Counted from the stretch's first letter, positions 50,201 to 60,022 are shown. The stretch: DNA of 64,000 nucleotides from a bacterium (GCA_965218795.1 OZ244653.1:2880001-2944000); one strand, 5' to 3'. Program-made: numbers and translations. The notes: a model not told the origin generated them from the sequence alone.

Positions 50201-52560
50201 GAGAGCCGTGCGCCCACGTCCGCCACCGTCAGGACATAGGTGCTCGCCGTCGCTCCCGCGATCTCTTCCGATCCGCGCAGCCACTGATACGCCCAAGCGC
50301 CACTCGGCGGTACCGCGCGGGCCGCTCGGCGGTACCGCGCTCGCCGCTCGTCAACCAACACCCTCAAGGTGTTTCCGACCTGCGGCACCCCGTCGATCCG
50401 CAGCGTCGACTCAACCGTCGGTTCCTCGTCGGCAATCGTGCCGGTCGCCTCGCCGTCAGCGATTGTCGCGCCCGACGCGTTGCTCAACCGGAGTGTGAAG
50501 ATTTCTCCGCTGTCGTCCTCTGCATCATTCAGAACGGCGACGCGGACCGTCTTGCTCGTCTCCCCGGGCCCAAAGGTGAGCGTCCCTTTGGCCCCGGTGT
50601 AGTCCTCGCCCGCGGTCGCAGTGCCGTCGACGGTTGTCCAATGGACCGTCTCGGTCGCGCAATCGTCCAAGGCGTTGAGCGTCACGGTGAAATCCATCGT
50701 CGCGTCGGGGCCCTCCGTAGCGCTCGCATCTGCAACCGACACCGTTCGGTTAATTGCGAATCGCAAGGTCCCAGACGCCGTATTGGGATTGCCCTCCAGA
50801 TCCGTAGCGACGCCGGCCGGAACCGTAACCGTCCACTGGCTGGTTTCTTCATCAGGCGTTGCCACGCCACCCGCAAACCAGCCACTCGCACCGTCTTGAC
50901 CCGGACTTGTGACATTGGTTATGAGGGTGACAACTTGGGGTTGACTCGTGATCTCCGTTTCCGCCCCCAAACGGAAACCCGTCACCACCTCATTGAAGGC
51001 AACATTGAAACCAAAGTTGCTCTTTCGCGGGTGGTGTTCTCTTGTGCATCTCAAGTTCGCTGTTGGATTGCCGTCCAGCCAAGCGGGCCCACCCGCATAG
51101 ATAGTCCAGATGTCGAACACCGCCGATGCCGTGTTCGCGTTGCCCTCCGCGTCCGTCGCCACTCCGGCCGGAACCGCAATCGTGATCTCACCTGTGAAGG
51201 TATCCGACCGCTGTATCGTTACCGTGTAGCGCGTTCCATCGCTGTTGCTCGACATGCTTTGGGCGGAGCCGTTTGTGACTTCCAGCTCGGACATCTCGAA
51301 CCCCGACACCGGCTCGCTGAACGTCACCACGGCGACGAAATCATCTGTGCTATGCGGTTCAAATTGCTCACTCGTCACCGTCACTGTCGGCGGTCCAGGC
51401 CGCTCGGTATCAGCGACGTCGTCATTGGTGATCGTGCCTGCCGCCGTAGCGTCGACGATCGTCGCGCCCAAGGCGCGGCTGAGTTGCAGTGTGAAGGTTT
51501 CGTCGCTCTCTGGTCCCGTATCGTCCAGCACGGCGACGCTGACCGTCTTGGTCGTCTCCCCGGGTCCGAAGGTGAGCGTCCCGCTCGCCGCAGTGTAGTC
51601 CGTGCCGGCGATTGCGGTGCCGTCCGCTGTGGTCCAGTCCACCGTCGCGGTCTCGCAATCGTTTCTGGCGTCGAGCGTCACAATGAAGCCAACTTTTGCG
51701 TCGGTTCCCTCAGTGGCCCTCGCGTCCGCGACCGACACCTTGCGGTTTCGCGCGATGTGCAGGGTCTGAGGCGCGGTGTTGGAATTTCCCACCTCGTCCG
51801 TAGCCTTGCCGGCTGGAACCGTAATGGTCGTCTCCCCACCCGCTGGCTCCGGCTCCACATTAAGTGTGTAGATCCACCAATCGCCGTTGAACCATGGCCG
51901 AGTGTTGACAAGCGACAACGCCTGCGGAAGGCGGATGTTGGTATACTGGATATCGTTCTCATCGAACCCCAGGACCGGTTCGCTGATTGCGATTTTCACC
52001 TGCGTCTCGCTGTCTGAATCCGGCGTCTCGACCCCGCAAATCACCCGCACGTTTGGAGGGTCCGTATCGGTGGTCAACGTGAACGACGCGGTGAGCGTCG
52101 TCTGCAGCGGGCCGTACATATCCGCCGCTGGATAGGCCCTAGCTCTCAACTGATAGGTCCCTGCTGGAAGGGAACGGCCAATTATGTCCTCGAACAGCGT
52201 GAAGGGCGCGGTGTTGTCGACGCGCGATATGGTTTGAGGACCTGTGAGCTCCAGTCGCACACTGCCAAGTGTATTCAACGCGGACTCGAAGGCGCGAAGG
52301 TTCACTTTCTTCCCGGCGGTCACGCCCGCACGCGCCATAGACCCGCCTACGCCCATGAGCCCGTAGGAATATGCACGACTCGCTTGCTGCTCATCGGAGA
52401 GTCCCGCGAAGTCGGGAGTGTCCCTGTAATCGGGATGGACCGACATGATCGCCAGGTCGGTGATTGCGTCCGTAGCATATGCGGTACTCCACGGCGTTGA
52501 GGCCACCAGAAAGACAAGAGCACCGAAGGTCAGAGCGAATGAGCGGATGCATACCCGCAT
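47269..52560 (-). CDS. Large autotransporter-like adhesin with three Calx-beta and several Ig-like domains
   Basis: Signal peptide (FALTFGALVFLVASTPWSTAYA); 3x VSVADA..TADGTA.AG.DY..L.F.PGET; FSEPV.GF repeats; 2x LTASF.DVPAEHDGES; C-terminal barrel ending in W. Confidence 0.88.
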   Translation of the reverse strand: MRVCIRSFALTFGALVFLVASTPWSTAYATDAITDLAIMSVHPDYRDTPDFAGLSDEQQASRAYSYGLMGVGGSMARAGVTAGKKVNLRAFESALNTLGSVRLELTGPQTISRVDNTAPFTLFEDIIGRSLPAGTYQLRARAYPAADMYGPLQTTLTASFTLTTDTDPPNVRVICGVETPDSDSETQVKIAISEPVLGFDENDIQYTNIRLPQALSLVNTRPWFNGDWWIYTLNVEPEPAGGETTITVPAGKATDEVGNSNTAPQTLHIARNRKVSVADARATEGTDAKVGFIVTLDARNDCETATVDWTTADGTAIAGTDYTAASGTLTFGPGETTKTVSVAVLDDTGPESDETFTLQLSRALGATIVDATAAGTITNDDVADTERPGPPTVTVTSEQFEPHSTDDFVAVVTFSEPVSGFEMSELEVTNGSAQSMSSNSDGTRYTVTIQRSDTFTGEITIAVPAGVATDAEGNANTASAVFDIWTIYAGGPAWLDGNPTANLRCTREHHPRKSNFGFNVAFNEVVTGFRLGAETEITSQPQVVTLITNVTSPGQDGASGWFAGGVATPDEETSQWTVTVPAGVATDLEGNPNTASGTLRFAINRTVSVADASATEGPDATMDFTVTLNALDDCATETVHWTTVDGTATAGEDYTGAKGTLTFGPGETSKTVRVAVLNDAEDDSGEIFTLRLSNASGATIADGEATGTIADEEPTVESTLRIDGVPQVGNTLRVLVDERRARYRRAARAVPPSGAWAYQWLRGSEEIAGATASTYVLTVADVGARLSVRVESGDGSVTNAETPPVWSAPVNPPLADGEEELLSATVTLGSHQFPFSVAGYGRMLGESFGEMDVVSFEDGGATYAIDAFLVNSRGLFALATGSTLPDASGLVAYWNGYRISGLEASSVKRGKLPMLVGPTPQPSSEYSRYEDGASDGVQVAVSLRRESAAAQNALTASFEDVPAEHDGESLFRFRVAFSEPIAISFRSLREDAFTVTGGRVTRGRRVDRRKDLFEITVEPDGAGDVSITLPAGRECTVSGAICTWGPPRKPLTNTPTTTVAGPAEETGPAPLTASFVDVPAEHDGESAFTFRIAFSERIGWMNGRRLREDVVAVAGGRATSASRVDRRRDLWQVTVEPDSLADVTVTLAAGAACRTPAAVCTSDGRALSNTISTTVRGPVAVSVADARAREGADETIDFAVTLSRAASVTVAVAYATADGTATAGEDYTRSGGALSFDPGETAKTVSVPVLDDAVDEGEETFTLRLTSASGAVIADGVATGAIENSDPLQKMWLSRFGRTVAGQVVDAVSGRLSGPPQGSRVTLGGRSIDLSAGTVDARRALAGAPGAEDVEARSGSRADLDTAGTTSRTLTGRELLLGSSFHLTAGGGEDGGPGFAAWGRVTVGGFDAKAPADKGKVRLDGEVTTGILGADAQWERWLAGVAVSVSRGKGAFDQPDVDSGKIESTLTSVNPYVRVTLSDRLSAWGLLGYGTGDMTVRGNSSVRTDLSMRLGAAGARGAVLEAGETGLIDLALRGDAFWVRMESEKAANTVATKADASRLRLVLEAGRAFALGEGAALTPGLEVGLRHDGGDAETGTGIEVGGRIRFADAGSGLTVEASVRALIAHEDGSYEEWGAGGSVRFNPGASGRGLSLTLAPVWGTPSSGVERLWSARDAAGLVREEAFEAERRLEAELGYGLGVPRGLGLVTPYAGLSLADGGGRSWRTGARWLVAPDVTFSLEGTRREPANDDAPEHGLMLRGTIRW

Positions 52561-52913
52561 ACGGTTCGACCGGATGAATCGGGACATGTTCACGAACCTC
52601 CAGAAATTTCGACGGGCGGGGAATGCGGGTCGCTGCTGGCGCGGAGGCAAAGACGGAATGATGTGCATCCGCCACGCGGCCGAGTGCTCAACCGGCACGC
52701 GCGCGCAGGGGCGCGTCTCGCCGCGGCGGCCAGCGTTCGGGCGGAGCGGAGAGGCGAGCGTGCGAGACCCGCCGGCCGACCGGCGGCAGATGCATATGTA
52801 TAAGGAGAGGCGTCGCCGCCCCGATGGGGCGGCCGGCGGTCAGGCGGCGTGGCGGGCGGCGTTGCTCCTGCGGCCGAGGCGCTCGGGCGAGGCGTCCCGC
52901 TGGCCGGAACTCC

Positions 52914-52997
52914 GAGGCTTGAGGCTTGAGGCTTGAGGCTTGAGGCTTGAGGCTTGAGGCTTGAGGCTTGAGGCTTGAGGCTTGAGGCTTGAGGCTT
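52914..52997. repeat. Heptamer simple sequence repeat (gaggctt)x12
   Basis: Counted directly; followed by a degenerate gagctt and a T run. Confidence 0.97.
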
Positions 52998-53208
52998 GAG
53001 CTTTTTTATTTAAGCCGAACATTTCACACAAAGTCAAGTCTATCTCCGACTCCCCCCGCAATCTCATTCGGTCCTCCCGTCCGCTAGTTTCAGGAAGCCC
53101 CGCATGAAACCGGTATATCGGGCTTCGGTGACGCGTCGAATGACACCGGACGCCGACCCTCGGTCCGGAACTTCAAGCGTGTCCACACCAGAGTTTGATC
53201 ACCTAGTA

Positions 53209-53301
53209 GGATAGGCGTGGCTCATCCGAGTTGTGAAACGGAAAGTTTTTGGGCTATGGGATATTTCAGCTTGGGCAAATGTGCGGCCCTTGCCGCGGTC
53301 G
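53209..53301. repeat. Orphan copy of the LysR upstream region (partner 56270-56360)
   Basis: cgagttgtgaaacg...atgggatatttcag.ttgggcaaatg...cccttgccgcggtcg present in both. Confidence 0.8.
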
Positions 53302-53723
53302 TTGCGGGGTCTCGACGGCGATGCGGGATGGAACGCGCGATGCGCACGGGCGTCGACGGGAAGGTGCCGTCGCTGTCGGCGCCGCACCGCGACATGGAGT
53401 TGAAGGTGCCGACGAAGCCGGGACGGCGCGCAATGGCGCCTAAATGGATCGAACAGGCTTTCAGCAGCCTGTCCGAGTATCCCCAATAGTGAACGGCAGC
53501 GCCGAGCAATCGGCCAAACCCAGCGACCCGTCGCAGCTCCACGGTACGGTTGTCCGGCGTCGCGGAAGTCCACGCTTTATCACGGCCGTAAACCCCAAAC
53601 GATTGACGCCCCTCTCTACTTCTTAACAATCAAGCGGTTCTCCATTGGCAACTGACGAATCTCGATCACACGAACCTTTATTTTTTCAGGGGAGAAGGTC
53701 AGAGGTACTCGCCTGGCGGCCGT

Positions 53724-55049
53724 CTAGAAGTCATACTTCATGCCGAGCTGGATGCGCGAGGCTTGGCCGTCCGTCGCCTTGGTCGGGTCGACCACCTTGC
53801 CGTCGACTTGGGGGTTGGCCTCGCGCCAGCCGTGCATGAACTCCAGTCCGACGGTGAGCCGCGGTACCGGGTTCCAGAAGACGTTGGCGTGCAACGACCG
53901 CAACCCCGTGTTTTCCGTTGCCGCAGCCTTGGCGGCCAACCCGTTATTGGTGTCGTGGTTGACCCATCCGTAATGGAGGCCCGAGCGCAAGCTGTCGGTC
54001 CACCTATGCGTGATGCCGACGAACCCGCCCATCATGGCCTGGCCCTCGAGCTTGCTGTCCTTCAAGGTCGCGATGGCTCCGCCACCGACCAGGTAGCCCG
54101 CTATGCCGCTGCCTATGTTGACCGTGGCCATCAGCCTGGTGCCTTCGGCTACGTTGACATGGGCGCCTGCATGGAATCCGTAGACGACCAGGCTGTCGTC
54201 TGCGGTACTGACCTCGCGCAGCACACCGCTCAAATTGACAGCGCCCCAGCCAGGCCGGTAACGCAAAGCCGCCAGGAAATTCGGCATCCGGTCACCCGAG
54301 TCCGACGTTTGAACACTATCGTCATCGACTTTCAATTTCGCCTGCAGGATCGTACCGCTGGGTGTCTCGACCGCGATCTGGCCGGTGAGATTCTTCCCCA
54401 AGTTTCGGGTATACCGGAACTGGGGCTTGCGAGAGATGATCATCCCTACCGGTCCCTCGGAATCCACCGTCGAGGCAAACGTGTCTTCTTCCATGAGAAT
54501 CGACCAGGTCTGCCCCGCGAGCGCTCCGCCGACCGCGCCATAGGCGTGGCGCAGCCTGAGGACATTGCCGCCACCGAAGAAATCGGTTTCGATCCGCGTG
54601 GTCAGAGGCCCCCATGTCGTGGCCGTATGGCTGTCGAACCGGAGGCGCGACTGCCTGGCGTGGAAAGTGAAACTCCCGTCCTTGCTGTCGGATTTGGCGC
54701 CATCAAGCTCAATTTTACCGACAGCAAAGGCGGGGCCGAGATTGTTGCGGGTGTCGTAGATCGTATCGCCTTTGACAAAGCCACCAAAAGAGAGCGAGGT
54801 GTCGGACCCCGGTACCTTCCAGGAACCGGGGCGGTTCCCGGCGACCACAGCCTTCGCCGAGGCGGCTGATTTCATCTTCAGTTCTGCCTGCTTCTGCGAG
54901 GCCTCGAGCCGAGCCAGCCGTTCACGAAGAGCTTCAATCTGCGCCTTCAACTCGTCGATCTCTGCGGCGTTGACCGACGCAACGCCCAGGATGACCGCAG
55001 TGCCCACACCGATCAGCGCGGCCTTAACATGAACTTTTCCGATCACCAT
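53724..55049 (-). CDS. DcaP-like outer membrane porin
   Basis: Signal peptide, coiled coil (EIDELKAQIEALRERLARLE), FGGFVKGD, ARQSR, LRLRHAYG, GQTWS, C-terminal KYDF. Confidence 0.85.
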   Translation of the reverse strand: MVIGKVHVKAALIGVGTAVILGVASVNAAEIDELKAQIEALRERLARLEASQKQAELKMKSAASAKAVVAGNRPGSWKVPGSDTSLSFGGFVKGDTIYDTRNNLGPAFAVGKIELDGAKSDSKDGSFTFHARQSRLRFDSHTATTWGPLTTRIETDFFGGGNVLRLRHAYGAVGGALAGQTWSILMEEDTFASTVDSEGPVGMIISRKPQFRYTRNLGKNLTGQIAVETPSGTILQAKLKVDDDSVQTSDSGDRMPNFLAALRYRPGWGAVNLSGVLREVSTADDSLVVYGFHAGAHVNVAEGTRLMATVNIGSGIAGYLVGGGAIATLKDSKLEGQAMMGGFVGITHRWTDSLRSGLHYGWVNHDTNNGLAAKAAATENTGLRSLHANVFWNPVPRLTVGLEFMHGWREANPQVDGKVVDPTKATDGQASRIQLGMKYDF

Positions 55050-55330
55050 TAGAAAGTGCCTCTTTTCAAATCAACGTGTTGACACCATTTCCCGACACAC
55101 ACATGCCGGGCCATTGCGAACGTCTCGTGGAATAAGAGAAGTCCCCGCTTATTCACCAAGCTTATGGAGCTACCCTGAACTGGACAGAAGGCTATCGTAT
55201 TCAGCTGCCAGTATCAGCATGTCTCACACGAGCGTCGACGGGGAGGTGCCGCCGGGGCGGCGCGGAGTGGCGCTTCACGACCCCGTCCAGCCTGAAACGA
55301 AGCCCGTCGTCCTGTTCCCCGGCGGCCGGT

Positions 55331-56221
55331 TCAAGCCTCCTTCAGTATCCAGTCCCGGAATGCCTGGACTCCCGGATTGCGCCTCGAGTCGGCTGTCGTG
55401 ATGAGGCAGCACCGCGCGGGTGCTTCGACCTGCCGGTCGAACACAGGGACCAGCGCGCCCCGTTCCATCTCTTGCTCGATCACCCTCGAGTGTCCGATAG
55501 CCGTGCCGATGCCCTCCACGGCGGCGGCGACCACCATGCTGTAGAGGCGGAAGCCCGACGCCCGCGACAGGTCCGGCGACGGTGCGCCCTGGCGCGCGAA
55601 CCAGTACGGCCAGTCGGTGTCCCATCCGAGATCGTACAGCAGGGGCCAGCCGTGCAGGTCGGCCGGGGCGACGGGCCTTCTGCGCGCCTCGATAAGGGCC
55701 GGACTGCAGACCGGAAGCAGGTCCTCCTCGTACAGCGTCTCCTCGAACAGCCCCTCCGGGCGCGGCGCAGCGGTCTCGCCCACATAGGCGATCCACAAAT
55801 CGAAATCGCGCCTGGCCGGGTCGACGCCGCGATGGTTGGTCTCCAACTCGATGACGACGCCGGGGTGGGACAGCTTGAAATTCGCGAGCCTCGGCATGAG
55901 CCACTTCTCGGCCACGGCCTCGACCGAAACCAGTTTCAGCCGCTGGGTCCCGGAATCGCCGCGGCGGCGTTCCGTGGCGACCTGGACCTCGGCCAGAATG
56001 CGCTGGACATCCTTCAGATACGCCTTGCCGCGCCCGTTCAGGCGGACGCCGCGATAACCGCGCTCGAACAGCGCGCCACCGAGATGCTCTTCGAGTACCT
56101 TGATGCGGTGCGCAACGGCCGACGATGAGACGTGGAGTTCCTCAGCCGCCTTGGCGAAGCTCTCGCGGCGGGCCGCGACTTCGAAAAAGCGCAGGCATTC
56201 AAGCGGTGGAAGGGGCGGCAT
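55331..56221 (-). CDS. LysR-family regulator (GcvA-like)
   Basis: LPPLECLRFFEVAARRESFAKAAEELHVSSSAVAHRIKVLE; WLMPRLANF; FRDWI. Confidence 0.93.
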   Translation of the reverse strand: MPPLPPLECLRFFEVAARRESFAKAAEELHVSSSAVAHRIKVLEEHLGGALFERGYRGVRLNGRGKAYLKDVQRILAEVQVATERRRGDSGTQRLKLVSVEAVAEKWLMPRLANFKLSHPGVVIELETNHRGVDPARRDFDLWIAYVGETAAPRPEGLFEETLYEEDLLPVCSPALIEARRRPVAPADLHGWPLLYDLGWDTDWPYWFARQGAPSPDLSRASGFRLYSMVVAAAVEGIGTAIGHSRVIEQEMERGALVPVFDRQVEAPARCCLITTADSRRNPGVQAFRDWILKEA

Positions 56222-56426
56222 GGTCTCGGAGCTTCGAACAGGAATGGTTGTCCATTTGATCGCCTGCAAGGATAAGCGTACTTCACACGAGTTGTGAAAC
56301 GTAATTCTTTGGGACCATGGGATATTTCAGTTTGGGCAAATGCGACCCTTGCCGCGGTCGATAGCCCGCGCGTCTTCCTGAAACAACCGTACGCGCGACG
56401 GCGGCTTCAGGCCGGGTGGGGTGGTG

Positions 56427-56830
56427 ATGCTCGACTTCGAACGGTTCATCGCAAACTGTCGCATGCGAACGAGGAGGCGGGGTCGCAGATGGATTGCGGG
56501 CGGCCGTAGCGGGAATACTTCCCGCAACACGACCCGGGTGTGGGGCCGATGCCAGCGGATGCGACGGATCCTGTGCTTGAGATCGACAGAAATCGGTCTT
56601 CGCGCCGAGCCCCTCGAGAAACGGGAAGTACCCGCCGCTACGACACCCCCGGAAACCGGGAAGGGAAGCTTCGATCATACGCCGGACAATCCAATGGCGA
56701 TGGCGAGGGAAACTGCAAGGCCGTGACGATGTCGAGCGGCTTGGCGCTGTCGTCCGGCAACATCCGAGACTTGCGTCTTCGACGCTACATGGTCTCCGGC
56801 ATTCAATCGATGTGGGCGGCAATGCCTGAT
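56427..56830 (+). pseudogene. Highly degenerate gene divergent from LysR, possibly cupin-like
   Basis: Starts MLDFERFIANCR; multiple frameshifts; family guess only. Confidence 0.3.
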
Positions 56831-56987
56831 GCGATCTCCGCGTGTGTCTGACCGGCTCTGATCCGTTCTCTGATCTCGAGGCGATCACTCCGGTTTAGCC
56901 TTCCATGCTCCTCCCGTGGCCGCATCACCACCCCCTGGCAATGAGTTGATCATTACCAAGATGTTGCGTCGACCACTTGAGACCGCC

Positions 56988-57060
56988 CCCTGGCGGTAGG
57001 ACTCGAACCTACAACCTGTCGGTTAACAGCCGACTGCTCTGCCAATTGAACTACGCCGCG
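56988..57060 (-). tRNA. tRNA-Asn(GTT)-like, acceptor stem defective (probable pseudo-tRNA)
   Basis: tagttcaattggcagagca, gtcgg-ctgttaa-ccgac, gtagg-ttcgagt-cctac; two acceptor mismatches; no CCA. Confidence 0.75.
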
Positions 57061-57173
57061 AGGCGGCTCGGGGGGCGATCTGATAGAGATCACATCGCGT
57101 ACTCCATCGACTTTCATCTTGCATGGGCCGCTCATACTGTGTTATTTTCGCTTTTTATTCTCCTCGGTGAGCT

Positions 57174-58412
57174 ATGCGCCGACCAACCAAACCGAAGCGG
57201 CTCTATATCGATTTCGATGGCTTTTTCGCGTCCTGCGAGGAGCAGGCGGACCCCGGCCTGCACGGCCGCCCCGTTGGAGTCATACCGTTTGCGGGGGCGC
57301 GCAACAGTTGCGTGATCGCTGCAAACGCAGCGGCCAAGAGGTTCGGCGTCACGACCGGGACTTCAATCGCCGAGGCGCGCCGGTTGTGCCCCCGGATAGC
57401 TCTCCCGCCGCAGCGGCCGGATCTGTACGTCCGGATCCACCACCGGATCGTGGCTGCGGTGCTCTCCGTGTTGCCGCTTGATGTCGTTTGCTCGATCGAC
57501 GAGTGCGCCGCCGTTCTGGGGAATCGGGACTGCCCTGAAGAGATCGCGGGAAGGATCAAGAGCCGCGTGCGAGCAGCAGTCGGGGAACGCATCACCTGCT
57601 CCATCGGCTGTGCGCCCAACAGGTGGCTCGCCAAGATCGCCGCAGGCCTGGAAAAGCCGGACGGTCTGACGGTGCTGCTTCCCGGCGACCTGCCGGGTCC
57701 TCTGCTCCACCTCGGGCTGGAGGCGTTGCCCGGGGTCGGCAGGCGCATACGCGCACGTTTGAAGCGGAGTGGGATAACGACGATCGAGGACATTTGGAAC
57801 AGTGAGCCCGGACGGCTGAGTTCGGTCTGGGGCAATGTGACCGGCGCGCGTTGTTGGTACGCGCTCCACGGCTACGCCGTGGAACCACCGGTGACGCAAC
57901 GCGGCTCGATCGGCCACGGCCGGGTCCTGCCTCCAGGGGAGCGCAACGCGCAGTCCGCCCGGCCGATGGCCAGGCAACTGGTGGTGAAGGCGGCCCGGCG
58001 CCTGCGCCGGGAGGGGTTCCTCGCCCGGAGGCTCACCCTGTCGGCCGACTGTTTCGATGCGCCCTCCTGGACGGCCTCGACGGTCGTCGCAAGAGCGAAC
58101 GATGATCTGACCTGCCTCGACGCCATCTCGGCGCTCTGGGCCGCACTCACCACGGCGCGGAGCCGGGCCACCCTGTTCCGGATCGCCGTGTCGTTCGACC
58201 GATTCATCCCGTCGGATGAAGCGCAGCTCGAACTGCCTCTTGAAAAGCCGGACGACAGGCGCCGGCTGACAAGGCTGAGCGCCGCCGTCGATTCGATCAA
58301 TGGCCGCTATGCGCGCACCGTCGTCGGCTACGGCGGGTGTGCTCCTCCGGGCGGCTACGCGGGGGCCAAGATTGCGTACGGCCGCGTTCCTCAACTGGAG
58401 GATTTCCAGTAG
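57174..58412 (+). CDS. Y-family DNA polymerase (UmuC/DinB-like)
   Basis: LYIDFDGFFASCE, AAKRFGV, SIDE, CSIGCAPNRWLAKIA, KPDG, LPGVG. Confidence 0.93.
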   Translation: MRRPTKPKRLYIDFDGFFASCEEQADPGLHGRPVGVIPFAGARNSCVIAANAAAKRFGVTTGTSIAEARRLCPRIALPPQRPDLYVRIHHRIVAAVLSVLPLDVVCSIDECAAVLGNRDCPEEIAGRIKSRVRAAVGERITCSIGCAPNRWLAKIAAGLEKPDGLTVLLPGDLPGPLLHLGLEALPGVGRRIRARLKRSGITTIEDIWNSEPGRLSSVWGNVTGARCWYALHGYAVEPPVTQRGSIGHGRVLPPGERNAQSARPMARQLVVKAARRLRREGFLARRLTLSADCFDAPSWTASTVVARANDDLTCLDAISALWAALTTARSRATLFRIAVSFDRFIPSDEAQLELPLEKPDDRRRLTRLSAAVDSINGRYARTVVGYGGCAPPGGYAGAKIAYGRVPQLEDFQ

Positions 58413-58663
58413 TGGCGCTTTGTTTGGGCGATTATGCCGAGGGCGACTGGTATTTCATCGCGGTATGCAAGACCTGCGGCCGGGAGACGGCCTTGGAGCC
58501 CGCCGAGCTCCTGGCCCGGCCGGGGACGGAAAAAGTGCATCGCGGAATGCGCGTGGAAGACCTGGAGCCCCTCCTGCGCTGCCGGGAATGCCACTGTAGG
58601 AAGGCGCATCTCGAACCGGTCGCCAGAATTCGCAAGCAGGGTTTCGTCGGTGGGATGATCTGA
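58412..58663 (+). CDS. Small zinc-ribbon protein
   Basis: CKTC...LRCREC; TAGTG overlap with the polymerase stop. Confidence 0.65.
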   Translation: MALCLGDYAEGDWYFIAVCKTCGRETALEPAELLARPGTEKVHRGMRVEDLEPLLRCRECHCRKAHLEPVARIRKQGFVGGMI

Positions 58664-58694
58664 AAGGCAAGACGCTTTTCGATAATGCCGGGTA

Positions 58695-59000
58695 TGAGGT
58701 GACCCCTTCAAACGAGACCAGTTTATAAATTAGTATTTCTGGATTTTCGGAAGGAGGCGAAGGATGGCGAGGAAGCGGTTTACGGCCGAGCAGATCGTCC
58801 TCAAGCTGCGAGAGGCGGAGGTGGCCCAAGCCCTGGGGAAGACGGTGGTCCAGGTGTACAAGCAGATTGGGGTGACCGAGCAGACCGACTACCGGTGGAG
58901 GAAGGAGTATGGGGGTCTGAGGATGGACCAGGCCAAGCGTCTGAAGTCGCTGGAGAAGGAAAACGCCCGTCTGGAGAAGCTGGTAGCGGGACTGCCTCGT
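58695..59000 (+). mobile_element. IS3-family remnant (left IR + orfA)
   Basis: tgaggtgaccccttcaaacgagacca; MARKRFTAEQIVLKLREAEV...QAKRLKSLEKENARL. Confidence 0.85.
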
Positions 59001-59108
59001 GTTGGGACAGGCCAGAACCACCCAGCGAATAGTTCGTTCAGGCCGGCAATCTGATCAAGCAGAACACGGCCCAGCTCCCGGACCGCCTCACCCCGCTCGC
59101 ACGAATCT

Positions 59109-59865
59109 ATGACCGTCCACGAAACCGGGGCAACTCCAGACGGACGAGAAAGAGGCGATCAGGCGGGACCCGGTCCAGCTCAGGCTGAGGGACCTGCTCA
59201 GGCGCAGCGACCTCACCCTCGCCGCCGCGTCCCTGGCCATCGGCCGGAACAAGACCTATCTGCAGCAGTACGTGGACCGGGGCGTGCCCGCGGTGCTCGG
59301 CTACCGCGACAGCGAGGCCCTGGCCGACCTGCTCGGCTGCGACGGCGGGGAGTTGCGCCACGAGAGCGTGCCGAAACGCAGGCCCATGAAGCGCAGACGG
59401 CCCCGTCCGCCTGCCGGGATTCCCGGCGCGCCGGTGGCGGCCATCCCGGAGATCGCGGTGGAGGCCGGAGCCGGGGCGGGGGCGCTCAGCGAGGAGTTCG
59501 TCTCCGAGACGGCGCGCTGGCACTGGCCGGAGAACATGCTCCGCTACGAGGGCGGCGCGGCGCCCGAGAACGTGCGCATCCTCAGGGTGCGGGGCAACTC
59601 GATGGAGCCGGAGATGGGCGAGGGCGACCGGATCGTGGTGGACGTCTCGCGGCGGCTGCCGGCAACGGGCGAGACGTTCGTGCTGTGGGACGGCAACGGG
59701 CTGGTGATCAAGCAGGTCGAGAGGGTGCAAGGCCATGGGGAGGGCGGGGAGGAGCCGCCCCGGCTCAGGCTGCTCTCGGCCAACCCGGACTACGCCCCCT
59801 ACACGTGTCTTGCCCAGGACGCCCACATCCTCGGCAAGGTGTTGTGGGTGGTCAGGAAGGTGTGA
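59109..59865 (+). CDS. HTH + S24 peptidase (CI/LexA-like) regulator; start uncertain or frameshifted
   Basis: ASLAIGRNKTYLQQYVDRGVP, AGAGA, VRGNSMEP, LVIKQV, SANPDY; ATG at 59109 is out of frame with the body. Confidence 0.8.
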
Positions 59866-60022
59866 GGGATGAACGGCCACAAGGTTGCGAAGACAGTTCG
59901 CCGTTACAAGGGATTGATGGGGAACGGTCGCCGCTGCGTCCGGGTGTGTTTCCTTGGCAAGGCTGACGGTAACATTGGCGTATGGTCCAGGAATTCTCAC
60001 CGCGACGATGGAGAGTGATGCA

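Noticed and set aside
52914-52997. CRISPR array or coding repeat (ORF 52840-53067 QASSLKP)
   Set aside because: No spacers and no cas genes; the ORF is just a translation of the heptamer tract.
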